64,000 bases of DNA, from positions 125,419-189,418 of the forward strand of contig JBCCQQ010000004.1 in NCBI GenBank assembly GCA_039024555.1, in the 5' to 3' direction. Origin of the DNA: Cyanobacteria bacterium P01_D01_bin.156 (GTDB lineage: Bacteria > Cyanobacteriota > Cyanobacteriia > Phormidesmidales > Phormidesmidaceae). The position numbers and the translations under genes were made by a program. Every line of letters begins with the position of its first letter. Position 1 is the stretch's first letter. Shown piece after piece: positions 11,019 to 21,862 of the stretch. The notes below the pieces were generated by a model. That model did no database searches. It was not told the origin of the DNA and was given only the letters and a program-made list of their open reading frames with translations.

Positions 11019-11061
11019 ACTCTAGAAAGCATTGATAACCTTCAGTGTAACCGCACATACA
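11019..11061 (-). promoter_or_regulatory. Canonical NtcA-activated promoter oriented toward the Hpt gene
   Basis: TGTA-N8-TACA at 11046-11061; on the minus strand followed after 22 nt by TAGAGT (TAN3T) at 11024-11019. Confidence 0.65.
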
Positions 11062-11325
11062 CCTCAGACTTACAGCTACCTATGCAGTACTACAAGACTT
11101 CTAATCCTTAAGCAACCAGCTCAGCACAACCGAGCCTACAACCAACCATGACCACCAAGGAGTCACCGAAACCCCGGAAAAAACCTCAGGAATACCATCA
11201 ATAATCTGGCACAGCCAAAAGCTAATGATAAGAATGAGCAGACCAGCAAGGGATGTCATTAGATGCGTTGAAGCTATGGCTTCATTTATAACGTCTTTCG
11301 GTACTATTAGACATGCTGAGGAGAG

Positions 11326-12237
11326 GTGCCCATGTCTACTGAAGTGTCTGGAGCTTGCTATCGGTCAGAAGTAAGGCGGGTATTAATCGTTACCTTGCTT
11401 CTTAATATTTTGGTACTGGTGCTGAAAATCATTGTAGGTTCCTGGACCGGCTCCTTAAGTCTGTTAGCGGATGCCCTTCACAGTGTGACCGATAGCGCCA
11501 ACAACGTACTGGGATTAATCACTAATCAATTAGCATCGCCGGAACCTGATCGAGAACATCCCTACGGTCACCAAAAATACGAAGCCGTTGGAGCTCTGGG
11601 TATTGCCGCTTTTCTAGGCATTGCTTGCTTTGAAATTTTACGAGGGGCCTTCGAGCGTTTGTTATTAGGATCGGCCCCCGTTACGCTAACCCCAATTGCC
11701 CTATGGCTGATGTTGCTAGTGCTCGGTATCAACATTTTAGTAGCGGTATACGAGCGGCGCATCGGCGTGCGGCTGGGCAGCAACCTGCTCATTGCCGATG
11801 CCCACCATACAATGAGCGACATCTGGATAACCATTGTGGTCATTGCAGGATTAATGGGTGTTTGGCGTGGACTAGTTTGGCTAGATATTGTGATGGCCCT
11901 GCCAGTGGCAATTCTTGTACTTCATAGTGGCTGGGTAGTATTGTCGGCCAACTTGCCCTGGTTAGTAGATGAAATGGCGATCGCACCAGAAGCCATTCAT
12001 CGAGAGGTGATGAGAGTTCCAGGTGTTCTCAATTGCCATAGCATTGCATCACGGGGGCTATTGGGACGTCAGGTTTTTATTGATATGCATTTGATCGTAG
12101 AACCTAAGGATGTGGTCAGTGCCCACACCATTACTGAACTAGTGGAGCAGCGATTGGAAAAAACCTTTGGCCCAATTCGCGTCACCATTCATGTAGAGCC
12201 TCCCAGCTATCGGGAAGAAAATATTAGTTATCGATAA
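11326..12237 (+). CDS. Cation diffusion facilitator (CDF) transporter
   Basis: LLADALHSVTD, HPYGHQKYE, ADAHHTMSD, C-terminal dimerisation domain ending IHVEP. Confidence 0.95.
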   Translation: MPMSTEVSGACYRSEVRRVLIVTLLLNILVLVLKIIVGSWTGSLSLLADALHSVTDSANNVLGLITNQLASPEPDREHPYGHQKYEAVGALGIAAFLGIACFEILRGAFERLLLGSAPVTLTPIALWLMLLVLGINILVAVYERRIGVRLGSNLLIADAHHTMSDIWITIVVIAGLMGVWRGLVWLDIVMALPVAILVLHSGWVVLSANLPWLVDEMAIAPEAIHREVMRVPGVLNCHSIASRGLLGRQVFIDMHLIVEPKDVVSAHTITELVEQRLEKTFGPIRVTIHVEPPSYREENISYR

Positions 12238-12247
12238 CCTGTGGCCC

Positions 12248-12766
12248 ATGAATTTGCCTACCTGGATTACGGTATCTCGACTCGTTGCTATTCCGTCAGT
12301 GTTTTGGCTATTGGCTAATCCCACTGTGAGTCATCGCTGGTGGGCGGTAGCCGTATTCTTATTAGCCGCCTGTACCGACTGGCTCGATGGTTATTTAGCT
12401 CGTCGCCTCAACCAGGTTACCGATTTAGGCAAGTTCTTAGATCCCCTGGTGGATAAGCTATTGGTCCTGGCACCTTTAATGATGCTGGTGCAGCTGGGCA
12501 CAGTACCGGCTTGGGGCGTATTCTTGATTTTGGCCCGAGAGCTAACCATCGCTGGCTGGCGTGTAGGCCAAGCCAAAATTGTAGGAGCTAACCTATGGGG
12601 TAAGGCTAAAACAGTCATGCAAATTGTTGCGATCTCAGTCTTGATATCTCCTTTATCCCAGTCTTATGCTCAACTTTCCCAAGGACTATTTTGGTTAGCT
12701 GTATTGCTCACTTGGTGGTCCGGGCTCATCTACTTAACAGCACAACTAGGAACAAACAATACCTAA
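12248..12766 (+). CDS. pgsA: CDP-diacylglycerol--glycerol-3-phosphate 3-phosphatidyltransferase
   Basis: MNLPTWITVSR, DWLDGYLARR...GKFLDPLVDK CDP-alcohol phosphotransferase motif. Confidence 0.95.
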   Translation: MNLPTWITVSRLVAIPSVFWLLANPTVSHRWWAVAVFLLAACTDWLDGYLARRLNQVTDLGKFLDPLVDKLLVLAPLMMLVQLGTVPAWGVFLILARELTIAGWRVGQAKIVGANLWGKAKTVMQIVAISVLISPLSQSYAQLSQGLFWLAVLLTWWSGLIYLTAQLGTNNT

Positions 12767-12767
12767 A

Positions 12768-12980
12768 ATGGATTCAGCCTCTCATCAGACATCGTCTGAC
12801 AGTAGCCTTAACCAGTGGCATATCGTGCAACAAAGCGAAGGCCACTGCGACATCATAGACCAGGGTGAACTTGACCAGCTCACAGGTACACCTCAAACGT
12901 GGGGGCCATTTTCGAGCCGTCCAGATGCTATTGCTAAACGGGTGGGGCTTATCCGTGCTGGAAAATGTGCACCTAAATAA
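12768..12980 (+). CDS. Small conserved cyanobacterial hypothetical protein
   Basis: WHIVQ..GHCDI, WGPF..AIAKRVGLIRAGKC; starts 1 nt after the pgsA stop. Confidence 0.75.
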   Translation: MDSASHQTSSDSSLNQWHIVQQSEGHCDIIDQGELDQLTGTPQTWGPFSSRPDAIAKRVGLIRAGKCAPK

Positions 12981-13063
12981 TCAAGACAATTGGCTCGCCT
13001 TAAATGCCACCATACGATGGCCTAAAAATACTGCGGTTTGATTAATCTTGAGAGCCTAGCAGT

Positions 13064-14365
13064 CTAGTTAACCGAAGATACCGTACCAGCACTAGCAGCC
13101 TCTCGCTGAACACGAATAACATCGTTGAGAACTTCAATCGCCTTGGAGTATTGAGGATCGTCTACGGTGCCAATGCGCTCACGATCTTCGCTCAGATATT
13201 CTCGCTCTTCATCGGTCAGCTCTACAGTGACATCTGGTTCAATACCCAAAGTATTAATATCTCGACCGCTAGGAGTTAGATATTTAGCAATGGTCACTGC
13301 AATGCCAGAGCCATCTCCCAAACCACGCACCGACTGCACTAGGCCCTTACCAAAGGTAGTCGTGCCCACTAACACAGCTCGATTATTATCCTGTAATGCA
13401 CCAGACAAAATTTCACTGGCACTGGCAGAACCCCCATCAACAAGAACTACTAGAGGCTTATCTGTTAACGCGCGATCGCTAGCCACATTTTCATCAACGG
13501 AGCCTTCACGATTCACTGTGGAAACAATCTTGCCCTCGCTGAGCCACATACGCGAAATATCAATGCTCGAATACAGCAAACCACCTGGGTTAGACCGTAG
13601 GTCTAGAACGTATCCAGTGACATCCCGTAGCTCAAGTTCTTGAATGGCTTCCCGCATCTCAGAAGCCGCATTCGCACTAAACTGAGTCAGCCGAATGTAG
13701 CCAACACCGCCCTCTGGCTCAGGATTATAGGCATAACGCACCGGATGAATTTCAATTCGGGCCCGTACAAGCTCAAAGTTAATCCGCTCGCCCTCTCGAA
13801 TAACCGTTAAGGTGACATCAGAATTGACCGGTCCTCGAATCAAATTCACCGCATCACTCAGATCCATGCCTTCGGTGGTCTCGCCATCGATGGCGTAAAT
13901 CACATCACCGGAACGAATGCCGGCTTCAAAGGCAGGCGTATCTTCGATAGGCGAAACCACTACAATTTCTTCAGTCTCTTCCTCTTGAGAAATTTGAATA
14001 CCCACCCCCGTGAGCTCACCGGAAGTATCGATCTGCATATTCCGAAACTCCTGGGGATCCATGAAGCGCGTATAGGGATCTTCCAGGGAATCCAACATTT
14101 CCCGAATCGCCTCGTAGGCTGCACCGCTGTCCGTATAGTCGCGGTTCAAATAATCGTTGCGAATAGACTGCCAGTCTTGGTCGTTAAATGTATCGTCTAC
14201 ATATTCATGATCGATGAGCTGCCAAACCTCATCAATTACCTCCTTAGGGCTCTCTCTAAAGAATGCCTGACTTTGAGACCAGTGAATGCTTGTACCTGCA
14301 ACAACTACAGCTATAGTCGTCAGGGCTGCTGCACTCAAAATCAGGCCATGCTTTTTAGTTGCCAT
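13064..14365 (-). CDS. ctpC: Carboxyl-terminal processing protease (S41, PDZ); CtpC-like subtype is tentative
   Basis: DPYTRF, PDZ GVGIQI, DLRSNPGG, GSASASEI, TFGKGLVQ. Confidence 0.85.
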   Translation of the reverse strand: MATKKHGLILSAAALTTIAVVVAGTSIHWSQSQAFFRESPKEVIDEVWQLIDHEYVDDTFNDQDWQSIRNDYLNRDYTDSGAAYEAIREMLDSLEDPYTRFMDPQEFRNMQIDTSGELTGVGIQISQEEETEEIVVVSPIEDTPAFEAGIRSGDVIYAIDGETTEGMDLSDAVNLIRGPVNSDVTLTVIREGERINFELVRARIEIHPVRYAYNPEPEGGVGYIRLTQFSANAASEMREAIQELELRDVTGYVLDLRSNPGGLLYSSIDISRMWLSEGKIVSTVNREGSVDENVASDRALTDKPLVVLVDGGSASASEILSGALQDNNRAVLVGTTTFGKGLVQSVRGLGDGSGIAVTIAKYLTPSGRDINTLGIEPDVTVELTDEEREYLSEDRERIGTVDDPQYSKAIEVLNDVIRVQREAASAGTVSSVN

Positions 14366-14978
14366 AAAAAGAGATCCAGAAAAACTTAGAGACGGCGCGA
14401 ATGTAGCCAGACAGTATAAAAGTTAGATCACACCCTACAAATACCCTACAGATATAGGCTGCATTTAGCTGCTGCAGGAGTTGAATAAGGAATTAGCCAT
14501 TCTTTTGCCATTGTACGCAGCTTAGCAACTTCCTGTAGAAACCGACTACGGTTCCGACAAAATTGCCACAACTATTGACATTGGTAGCAATTTTCAAAGG
14601 CAGTTTATTCGAAAAATTCACTAAGATTTATAGACATTTGATGACCATACTCGAAGAATAATACTGCTGTACTCCTAAGAAAGTGCTTAGCAGTTTCACT
14701 AATCCATTACATTGCATTCCTAAGGCTACCTGGTCAGAATGAAAACCCCATGAAAATCACCTGAATTTAGAATTGACATCCACACACCTCAGAATGACAT
14801 CATCTGAAAAATACGGATATATTTTGCATCATTAACAGGTCGATCCATTTATTAAGCTAGCAACTTTCTAGCATTAATCCCTCCCCGGAATAACGGTTCC
14901 AGAAAGGGATGAATAATTCAGTGATTCAATTTCAAAAGCGAGGCTCTACGTCAGGAAATCGTCCCTGCAGACAACGGC

Positions 14979-16205
14979 TTAATTTTCCGGATCGATCCAA
15001 CGACCATCACTCTTAATCAAATTAATCAGCTCTTCCACGCCACTTTCTTCAGGCACCCGTTTAATTTCTTCACGGCCTCGATAAAGTGAAATATAGCCAG
15101 GGGTTTTACCCACATAGCCATAGTCAGCATCAGCCATTTCTCCAGGGCCATTAACGATGCAGCCCATAACGGCAATATCTAATCCCGTTAGATGATCGGT
15201 TGCAGCTCTAACTTTGTGAAGTACCTCTTCTAAATTAAATAATGTGCGACCACAGGATGGACAAGCAACATATTCAACCATCGTCTTCCGCAGCCCTAAC
15301 GCCTGCAGAATGCTATAGCATACCGGAATTTCTTTTTCGGGGGCTTCCGTTAGGGAAACACGGATCGTGTCACCGATGCCCTCAGCCAGTAGAGTGCCAA
15401 TACCAGCGGTAGACTTGATACGCCCATATTCACCATCCCCCGCTTCGGTAACGCCAAGGTGTAAGGGATAGTCCATCCCGAGCTCATCCATACGCTTAAC
15501 CATCAAACGATAGGCTGCTAACATCACCGGTACTCGTGATGCCTTTAGAGAAATCACCAGATTATAGAAATTAAGGGACTCACAGATGCGAATAAATTCC
15601 AGGGCAGATTCCACCATGCCTTCAGGAGTATCGCCATAGGTGAAGAGCATTCTCTCGGCTAGAGAACCATGGTTTACACCAATCCGCATAGCCTTATTTT
15701 GGTCCCTCAAGGAAACAACCAGAGGTTCCAGAGTTTCCTTAATTTTGTCACCAATAGCGTCAAATTCAGCTTGGCTATACTCTGTACGAGTGTCACTCGG
15801 TTTTTCAAATACGTACAGTCCTGGATTAATGCGCACTTTATCAACATGCTTAGCCACTTCTAGGGCAATTTTCATGCCATTGTGGTGAACATCTGCTACT
15901 AGAGGCACTGTTTGGTACGTAGCGATTAGTTTCTCTTTAATCGTTGCCAGAGCTTTAGCATGGGCCATACTGGGCACCGTTACCCGAACAATTTCACAAC
16001 CAATTTCGTGCAATCGACGAATTGCGGCCACTGAACCCTCGATATCCAGCGTATCCTCATTGATCATCGATTGCACAACGACAGGGGCTCCCCCCCCAAT
16101 CACAACCTCACCCACAGGAACTGGACGGGTTTTACGGCGCACAATTTGGGTATCGATCAAAGGGGTGGCACCAGAGTTTGAAGCAGGAGGCGTCAGGGTT
16201 TGCAT
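14979..16205 (-). CDS. ispG: 4-hydroxy-3-methylbut-2-en-1-yl diphosphate synthase
   Basis: [38 protein letters not shown]. Confidence 0.98.
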   Translation of the reverse strand: MQTLTPPASNSGATPLIDTQIVRRKTRPVPVGEVVIGGGAPVVVQSMINEDTLDIEGSVAAIRRLHEIGCEIVRVTVPSMAHAKALATIKEKLIATYQTVPLVADVHHNGMKIALEVAKHVDKVRINPGLYVFEKPSDTRTEYSQAEFDAIGDKIKETLEPLVVSLRDQNKAMRIGVNHGSLAERMLFTYGDTPEGMVESALEFIRICESLNFYNLVISLKASRVPVMLAAYRLMVKRMDELGMDYPLHLGVTEAGDGEYGRIKSTAGIGTLLAEGIGDTIRVSLTEAPEKEIPVCYSILQALGLRKTMVEYVACPSCGRTLFNLEEVLHKVRAATDHLTGLDIAVMGCIVNGPGEMADADYGYVGKTPGYISLYRGREEIKRVPEESGVEELINLIKSDGRWIDPEN

Positions 16206-16532
16206 ACGTCGGGAAACAGACTGGATTTATCTATTGTAATTTTTGAGCGTAGTTAATCGTTGAGAAAACGTTACCTAAAAAGCTCTTCCATGTAGGCTCT
16301 TTCTAAAACAACGTTTCCAATCAAATCGTTAACGAGCTTGATCGATAGGATCCCATAAAATGCGTAACACTACCGGCAGTCTGGGTAACAAAGCAGCCTA
16401 TGTAAAAACTTTTTTATGGGGCTTCTGCTTTGATAACTAGAAATACCCCTGAAATCGCCAAGATTTCTTTAGGGACAATCGGCACTGGCAATTAACCAAA
16501 GCAATGAGACCCTATCCTTGGCCCATCAGGCT

Positions 16533-17000
16533 CTAAAGCTTGGCAATACATTCCAGAATTAGTCGCTGATTAATCAAAGAAAAGGGCTGAATATCTAAGG
16601 TGCGGCGAAAACATTGGATAGCGTCACCGTAGTTACCGACCGAAGCATAGCAAAGGCCTAGACCGTGGAGAGCACCAAAATGATGGGGGACCAGTTCAAG
16701 GGTTTTCTGACAATCTTCAATGGCAGCCAGATAGTCTCCTTCCATGAAATAAAGAACCGCTCGGCGATTCCAAGCTTCCGCAAAATCTGGCTGATTGGCA
16801 ATTAGCTCATCTAAAATTGCCTTGGCTTCTGCACTCCGCTCTGCCTCTACTAGGGTCTGGCTTTCAATTAAACGCTTGGCTCCCTGTATTCCCTTTTGAT
16901 GAAACCACATATGCCAGAACTCACCTATGGCTTGGTTGCGAACTGTTTCATTTTGATCTTTCAGGGACTGCAATAGACGTTCAATGTAACCAGAATCCAT
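16533..17000 (-). CDS. Tetratricopeptide repeat protein
   Basis: PDFAEAWNRRA, PHHFGALHGLGLC TPR pattern; start set at ATG 17000. Confidence 0.88.
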   Translation of the reverse strand: MDSGYIERLLQSLKDQNETVRNQAIGEFWHMWFHQKGIQGAKRLIESQTLVEAERSAEAKAILDELIANQPDFAEAWNRRAVLYFMEGDYLAAIEDCQKTLELVPHHFGALHGLGLCYASVGNYGDAIQCFRRTLDIQPFSLINQRLILECIAKL

Positions 17001-17312
17001 CGTAAGCGTTTTGTACAGACAAGTGTGCCAGATCAAGCGAATCAGCTAGGTCATTGTAATTGAGCAAAAACCTCAAGCGCGAAAGATGCGGAAAGTCCCT
17101 GGGGGATGGTGAATCAAATTAGAGGGTAACCATAGGGATTGGTATACCCCACCAGGGAATGCTAAGGCAAATTTGCGACTACGGTGGGGACGCGATTTGG
17201 CTGCTACCAAAACTTGCTCACGACCCATTGATGTAAAGGTCAAACTGAGCTTTTACGACAGGTTTCGATATGGGTAGTGCTCAAGTTATAGCCCATACTC
17301 CACATAGATAGG

Positions 17313-18182
17313 ATGGATATTTTAGTGTCCACAATAATTAAGACACACTCCCTGCAGTTTATTCAGACCGATGTCCTAGAACCGGTCACGCAGCGAGCAA
17401 TACGTTACTTACAAGCGGGTTACTCACTGCACTTAGAGGGACCAACAGGGATTGGTAAAACCACCTTGGCCGCTCATTTGGTCCAATGTCGTCAGCGCCC
17501 CAGTCTATGGATGATGGGAGGGCAGAATACAGGCCTCCCGGACAGCGCATCATCTTTTAAGCAGGCCTGCGCCGAAGGATGGACAGTAGTCTATGACGAA
17601 TTTAATCGGTCGCGTCCGGATGTGAATACGGTATTGCTATCCGCTGTCGAACCACGAATAGTCAGCCTAATAAGCAACCATGACAGCAGCGATGTCACAA
17701 TTCACCCTGAATTTCGGGTCATTGTGACATCCAATGCTGAAGCGTATTGCGGCACCTACGCTGTCCAGCATGCATTGCTAGATAGATTAATTACTCTCCG
17801 GCTACCAGAGCCTAGTATCCTGGCACAGCAAAAGCTTTTAGTGAAGTTGACGGGAATCTCCCGAGAACAAGCGGCACTAATCATCAGCATTGTGCAGCAG
17901 TTTTTGCGGCAGGTTGGCCCTGAACGCTTATCAAGCGTGCGTCCGAAGCTGATGATTGCAAAAATATGTCAGCGACTGAGCATCACGATTTCAGCTGACG
18001 ACTCAGAATTTCGCCAGGTATGCCGCGATATCTTACTATCCCGGTCGTGCCAATCTGCTCTGGATGCCAATGAAGTGCTTTGGGAGCTGTTTAACCAATG
18101 CTCAAGACCCATGCCCATGATTGAGCATATCCCCTCCCGACTACCCCCCACGGCTAGCTACGCGGGCACTTCAACTTCTTGA
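17313..18182 (+). CDS. GvpN-like MoxR-class AAA+ ATPase (divergent, solitary)
   Basis: Walker A GPTGIGKT, Walker [40 protein letters not shown]. Confidence 0.8.
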   Translation: MDILVSTIIKTHSLQFIQTDVLEPVTQRAIRYLQAGYSLHLEGPTGIGKTTLAAHLVQCRQRPSLWMMGGQNTGLPDSASSFKQACAEGWTVVYDEFNRSRPDVNTVLLSAVEPRIVSLISNHDSSDVTIHPEFRVIVTSNAEAYCGTYAVQHALLDRLITLRLPEPSILAQQKLLVKLTGISREQAALIISIVQQFLRQVGPERLSSVRPKLMIAKICQRLSITISADDSEFRQVCRDILLSRSCQSALDANEVLWELFNQCSRPMPMIEHIPSRLPPTASYAGTSTS

Positions 18183-19951
18183 CTACCGGCTAATCCAAAA
18201 GCGCTATGAACGGCTTTGAGGGCATCAACACCACTGGTTTCAGCTACCACACAGCTAATCTTGATTTCTGATGTGGCAATCATTTGGATATTGATGTTGT
18301 TATCGGCAAGGGCTTGAAACATTTTGGCAGCGGTACCAGATGAGTGAACCATACCAATGCCAACGACACTGACTTTAGCGATCGCAGTATCCACTACAAT
18401 TTCGCTGCCGCCAAATTCGGTCACTAGGGATTGCAATACGCTATGGGCCATATCTGCATCTGCCTGGTCCACCGTAAAGGCTATGTCGCGAGTTTGAACG
18501 CTATTTTGTTCACGACAGCGCTGGGACTGAATGATCATATCCACACTAATGCCGCGATCCGCCAGCACCTGAAATAGCTTAGCCGCCATGCCTGGTTGGT
18601 CAGGTACATGGCGCAGAGCTAAGCGCGCTTGGTTACGATCTAGGGCCACCCCCCTCACGGCAGGACCTGGCATCACTTGGGGTTCTCGAGCTGGGGACTG
18701 GTGTAAATCGAAGGCATTACAGAGGGCCGCAATGGTGCGATCGCAATCTTCAGCCGCAATGGTACAGCTCACCTTCACTTCCGACGTAGCAATCATTTGA
18801 ATATTTACCCCAGCCGCCGCCAGCGTCGAAAACATTTTGGCAGCCACCCCCGGTCGTCCAATCATGCCAGCTCCGGCAATGCTGACCTTAGCGATTTGGA
18901 CATCGCTAACCAGCTCTACGGGTTCGCCAGACGTCCCTTGTAGTTCAGGTATCAGGGATGATGCCACGGTAGTGGCCTGGGCCAGTACTCCACTCTCAAC
19001 CGTAAAGGCAATGTCATTAAAATTGCCTTCATTAATAGATTGGATAATCAAATCCACATTTAGCTGTTGCTGAGCCACCGTGCCAAACAGCTGTGCCGCG
19101 ATACCAGGACGATCTGGCACCCTAAGTAGCCCTACCTTGGCCTGATTGGTATCAAATTCAATACCATCCACCGGATGAACTAGCTCCAGCCCCTCTAAAG
19201 CTCTAGGCTGCCGACTAGCAGACGTCACTCGGGTCCCCGGCTCCTGAGTCCAGCTAGAGCGGACCACCAAAGTAACTCCATAGTTGCGGGCAATTTCCAC
19301 CGCTCTTGGATGAAGCACCTTCGCACCTAGACTGGCCAACTCCAGCATTTCATCACAGGTGATTTCGCTCATCAACTGTGCCGATGGCACCAGACGAGGA
19401 TCCGTCGTCAAAATGCCAGGAACATCCGTATAAATCTCGCAGGCATCGGCTTGAAGCGCAGCGGCCAAAGCAACAGCAGACGTATCAGAACCACCCCGAC
19501 CTAGGGTAGTAATTTCTAGATCAGGTGCATCACTAATCCCTTGAAAGCCGGCAACAACGACAACTTTACCCTGATCCAAACAACGCTGTACCCGCTCAGT
19601 TTCAATTCTCAAAATCCGGGCCTGGCTATGGCGAGCTTCCGTTACGATACCAACCTGAGCTCCAGTCATGGATACTGCCGCTTGACCCCGTTCCTGTAGA
19701 GCCATAGATAGGAGCGCAATGGACACTTGCTCACCCGTTGAGAGCAACATGTCCATTTCCCGACGGCTAGGCTGACTAGAAATTTCACCGGCCAATTTCA
19801 CCAAACCATCGGTGGTTTTTCCCATGGCAGAAACAACGACCACCACCGAGTTACCCGAATGCACAGTGCTCTGTACGCGTTTAGCAACCGATTGAATGCG
19901 CTCAACGTTGCCTACCGATGTTCCACCATACTTTTGGACGATCAACCCCAT
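18158..19951 (-). CDS. lysC: Aspartate kinase (cyanobacterial type, multiple ACT domains)
   Basis: [24 protein letters not shown], repeated ACT ([20 protein letters not shown]); start at ATG 19951. Confidence 0.96.
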   Translation of the reverse strand: MGLIVQKYGGTSVGNVERIQSVAKRVQSTVHSGNSVVVVVSAMGKTTDGLVKLAGEISSQPSRREMDMLLSTGEQVSIALLSMALQERGQAAVSMTGAQVGIVTEARHSQARILRIETERVQRCLDQGKVVVVAGFQGISDAPDLEITTLGRGGSDTSAVALAAALQADACEIYTDVPGILTTDPRLVPSAQLMSEITCDEMLELASLGAKVLHPRAVEIARNYGVTLVVRSSWTQEPGTRVTSASRQPRALEGLELVHPVDGIEFDTNQAKVGLLRVPDRPGIAAQLFGTVAQQQLNVDLIIQSINEGNFNDIAFTVESGVLAQATTVASSLIPELQGTSGEPVELVSDVQIAKVSIAGAGMIGRPGVAAKMFSTLAAAGVNIQMIATSEVKVSCTIAAEDCDRTIAALCNAFDLHQSPAREPQVMPGPAVRGVALDRNQARLALRHVPDQPGMAAKLFQVLADRGISVDMIIQSQRCREQNSVQTRDIAFTVDQADADMAHSVLQSLVTEFGGSEIVVDTAIAKVSVVGIGMVHSSGTAAKMFQALADNNINIQMIATSEIKISCVVAETSGVDALKAVHSAFGLAGSQEVEVPA

Positions 19952-19996
19952 AGCCTTGCCCCTATTCCCCCCGCGCAATTGATGCTGTTCCAGCAC

Positions 19997-20026
19997 GCAC
20001 TGTCAATGTAGCTACATTGACAGTGC
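19997..20026. repeat. Perfect 30-bp palindrome upstream of lysC
   Basis: GCACTGTCAATGTAG|CTACATTGACAGTGC, no spacer, no mismatch. Confidence 0.9.
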
Positions 20027-20413
20027 CCAGACATGCGAAACATGTACAGTTGCCAATGATGACATGTAAACCTGGTTAACCAGATTACCAAGGGACGTCC
20101 CACTTGATGCACCACAACGCAACCTAACTATTTAAAGACTAAGCCGGATAAGCAGGACATTAATACAATAGTTACTCAACATTCTGAAACAACTTATTGA
20201 GTAAATACATCGTTATTTATAGAAGCGATTTGTGCCTAGCTACCAGGATTTTACTTTTTATGATGGGAATACTTAGCAATGTAAAATCCCTACGCACAAT
20301 CAACTTAATCCGGTTGATGTGTAAACAATTCTTGAAGAAGGTGACAGTTTAAGCGTTCAACTCAGAGATAGACGATATAAGATTATTAATTATCCGTAAT
20401 AGTTTTTAACGCT

Positions 20414-21829
20414 ATGACAGCAGCCCTTCCTGGTCAGGCTCCAATAGCCCAAAAGACAACCGCTCAGCAAAAGTCGTTACACCATGTCGTTATTGTTGGT
20501 GGTGGTTTTGCTGGCCTCTATGCCGCGCAGTCCTTGGGTAAGGCCCCGGTCAGGGTGACGCTCATTGATAAGCGTAATTTTCACCTGTTTCAGCCGTTGC
20601 TATATCAGGTAGCCACTGGCGGACTGTCAGCCGGAGATATTTCATCTCCATTGAGATCGGTACTCAGCCGTCAGAAAAACGTCAAGGTATTGATGGGTGA
20701 AGTGGTTGATATTGACCCCGATGCTCAGCAAGTTACCCTCAAGCGAAACGAGGTTATTACCTACGACAGTCTAATTTTAGCCACTGGCTCTAGTCACCAT
20801 TATTTTGGTAACGACCACTGGGCCGACATCGCTCCAGGGATGAAAACCATTGAGGATGCCTTGGAGGTACGACGTCGGATCTTTTTAGCATTTGAAGCTG
20901 CTGAGAAGGAAACTGATCCCGAACGACGTAAAGCGCTATTAACCTTTTTGGTAGTCGGTGCAGGTCCCACTGGTGTGGAGCTTGCTGGTGCACTGGCAGA
21001 ATTAGCCTACGAAACAATCAAGGACGACTTTACGGACATTAACCCCCAAGAAACTAAGATTATTTTGCTAGAGGGTATGGATCGGGTATTACCTCCCTAC
21101 CCTGCAGATTTGTCGGTAGCGGCCAAGGCATCTTTGGAAAAACTGGGAGTGGAAGTACGCACCCAGTCCCTGGTCACTAATATTGATGGTGATAGCGTTT
21201 CCATCAAGAATGATGGCGAAATCACTGAGATGCAAGCCTGCACAGTTCTTTGGGCAGCGGGCATTAAAGCCTCACCCTTGGGTAGAGCCATTGCAGAAAA
21301 AACGGGCGCAGAAACTGACCGCATTGGTCGGGTCATTGTCGAGTCAGACATGAGCGTCCCCAACTACTCCAACCTTTACATTGCTGGGGATTTGGCACAC
21401 TTTGCCCATCAAGGGGACAAGCCTTTACCTGGTACAGCGGCTGTGGCGATGCAAATGGGTAGCTACCTGGCAAAGACCGTCAAGGCCAAACTTGCTGATA
21501 AGCCCGTTGCCGCCTTTAACTACAAGGACAAGGGCAGCATGGCTGTGATTGGTCGCAACGAGGCGGTAGCTGACCTCAACTTCATGAAGCTTTCGGGCTT
21601 CCCAGCCTGGTTTATCTGGATTTTTGTTCACATCTACTTCCTGATTGAGTTTGATAACAAACTTTTGGTCCTGCTTCAGTGGGGGTGGAACTATTTCACC
21701 TATCAGCGCGGTGCCCGTCTGATCACAGGTGATGATTCCATTCCTGCTCTATCTGAAACAGTCATGAACGAGATGGAAACGGAAATTGTTACCGTGGGTG
21801 ATGGCGAAAAGAAGATGGTGCAAGCTTAA
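20414..21829 (+). CDS. ndbA: Type II NADH dehydrogenase (NdbA-like)
   Basis: VVIVGGGFAG, FQPLLYQVATG, VVGAGPTGVELAG, YKDKGSMAVIGRN; paralog assignment tentative. Confidence 0.85.
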   Translation: MTAALPGQAPIAQKTTAQQKSLHHVVIVGGGFAGLYAAQSLGKAPVRVTLIDKRNFHLFQPLLYQVATGGLSAGDISSPLRSVLSRQKNVKVLMGEVVDIDPDAQQVTLKRNEVITYDSLILATGSSHHYFGNDHWADIAPGMKTIEDALEVRRRIFLAFEAAEKETDPERRKALLTFLVVGAGPTGVELAGALAELAYETIKDDFTDINPQETKIILLEGMDRVLPPYPADLSVAAKASLEKLGVEVRTQSLVTNIDGDSVSIKNDGEITEMQACTVLWAAGIKASPLGRAIAEKTGAETDRIGRVIVESDMSVPNYSNLYIAGDLAHFAHQGDKPLPGTAAVAMQMGSYLAKTVKAKLADKPVAAFNYKDKGSMAVIGRNEAVADLNFMKLSGFPAWFIWIFVHIYFLIEFDNKLLVLLQWGWNYFTYQRGARLITGDDSIPALSETVMNEMETEIVTVGDGEKKMVQA

Positions 21830-21862
21830 ATTGGGCTACGCCCAACGTTCTTGAAGCAAAAG

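Noticed and set aside
12768..12980. ORF of a family sometimes labelled DDE transposase
   Set aside because: 70 aa, no DDE motif, no TIRs, operonic with pgsA
13167..14389. Long antisense ORFs over ctp (and similar shadow ORFs over lysC, frr, kinase genes)
   Set aside because: Opposite strand of well-supported genes; typical codon-bias shadows with no motifs
17088..17106. GCGGAAAGTCC resembling the RNase P RNA motif GAGGAAAGTCC
   Set aside because: No other rnpB conserved elements nearby
19952..20413. Possible lysine riboswitch ahead of lysC
   Set aside because: No recognisable L-box conserved elements or terminator architecture
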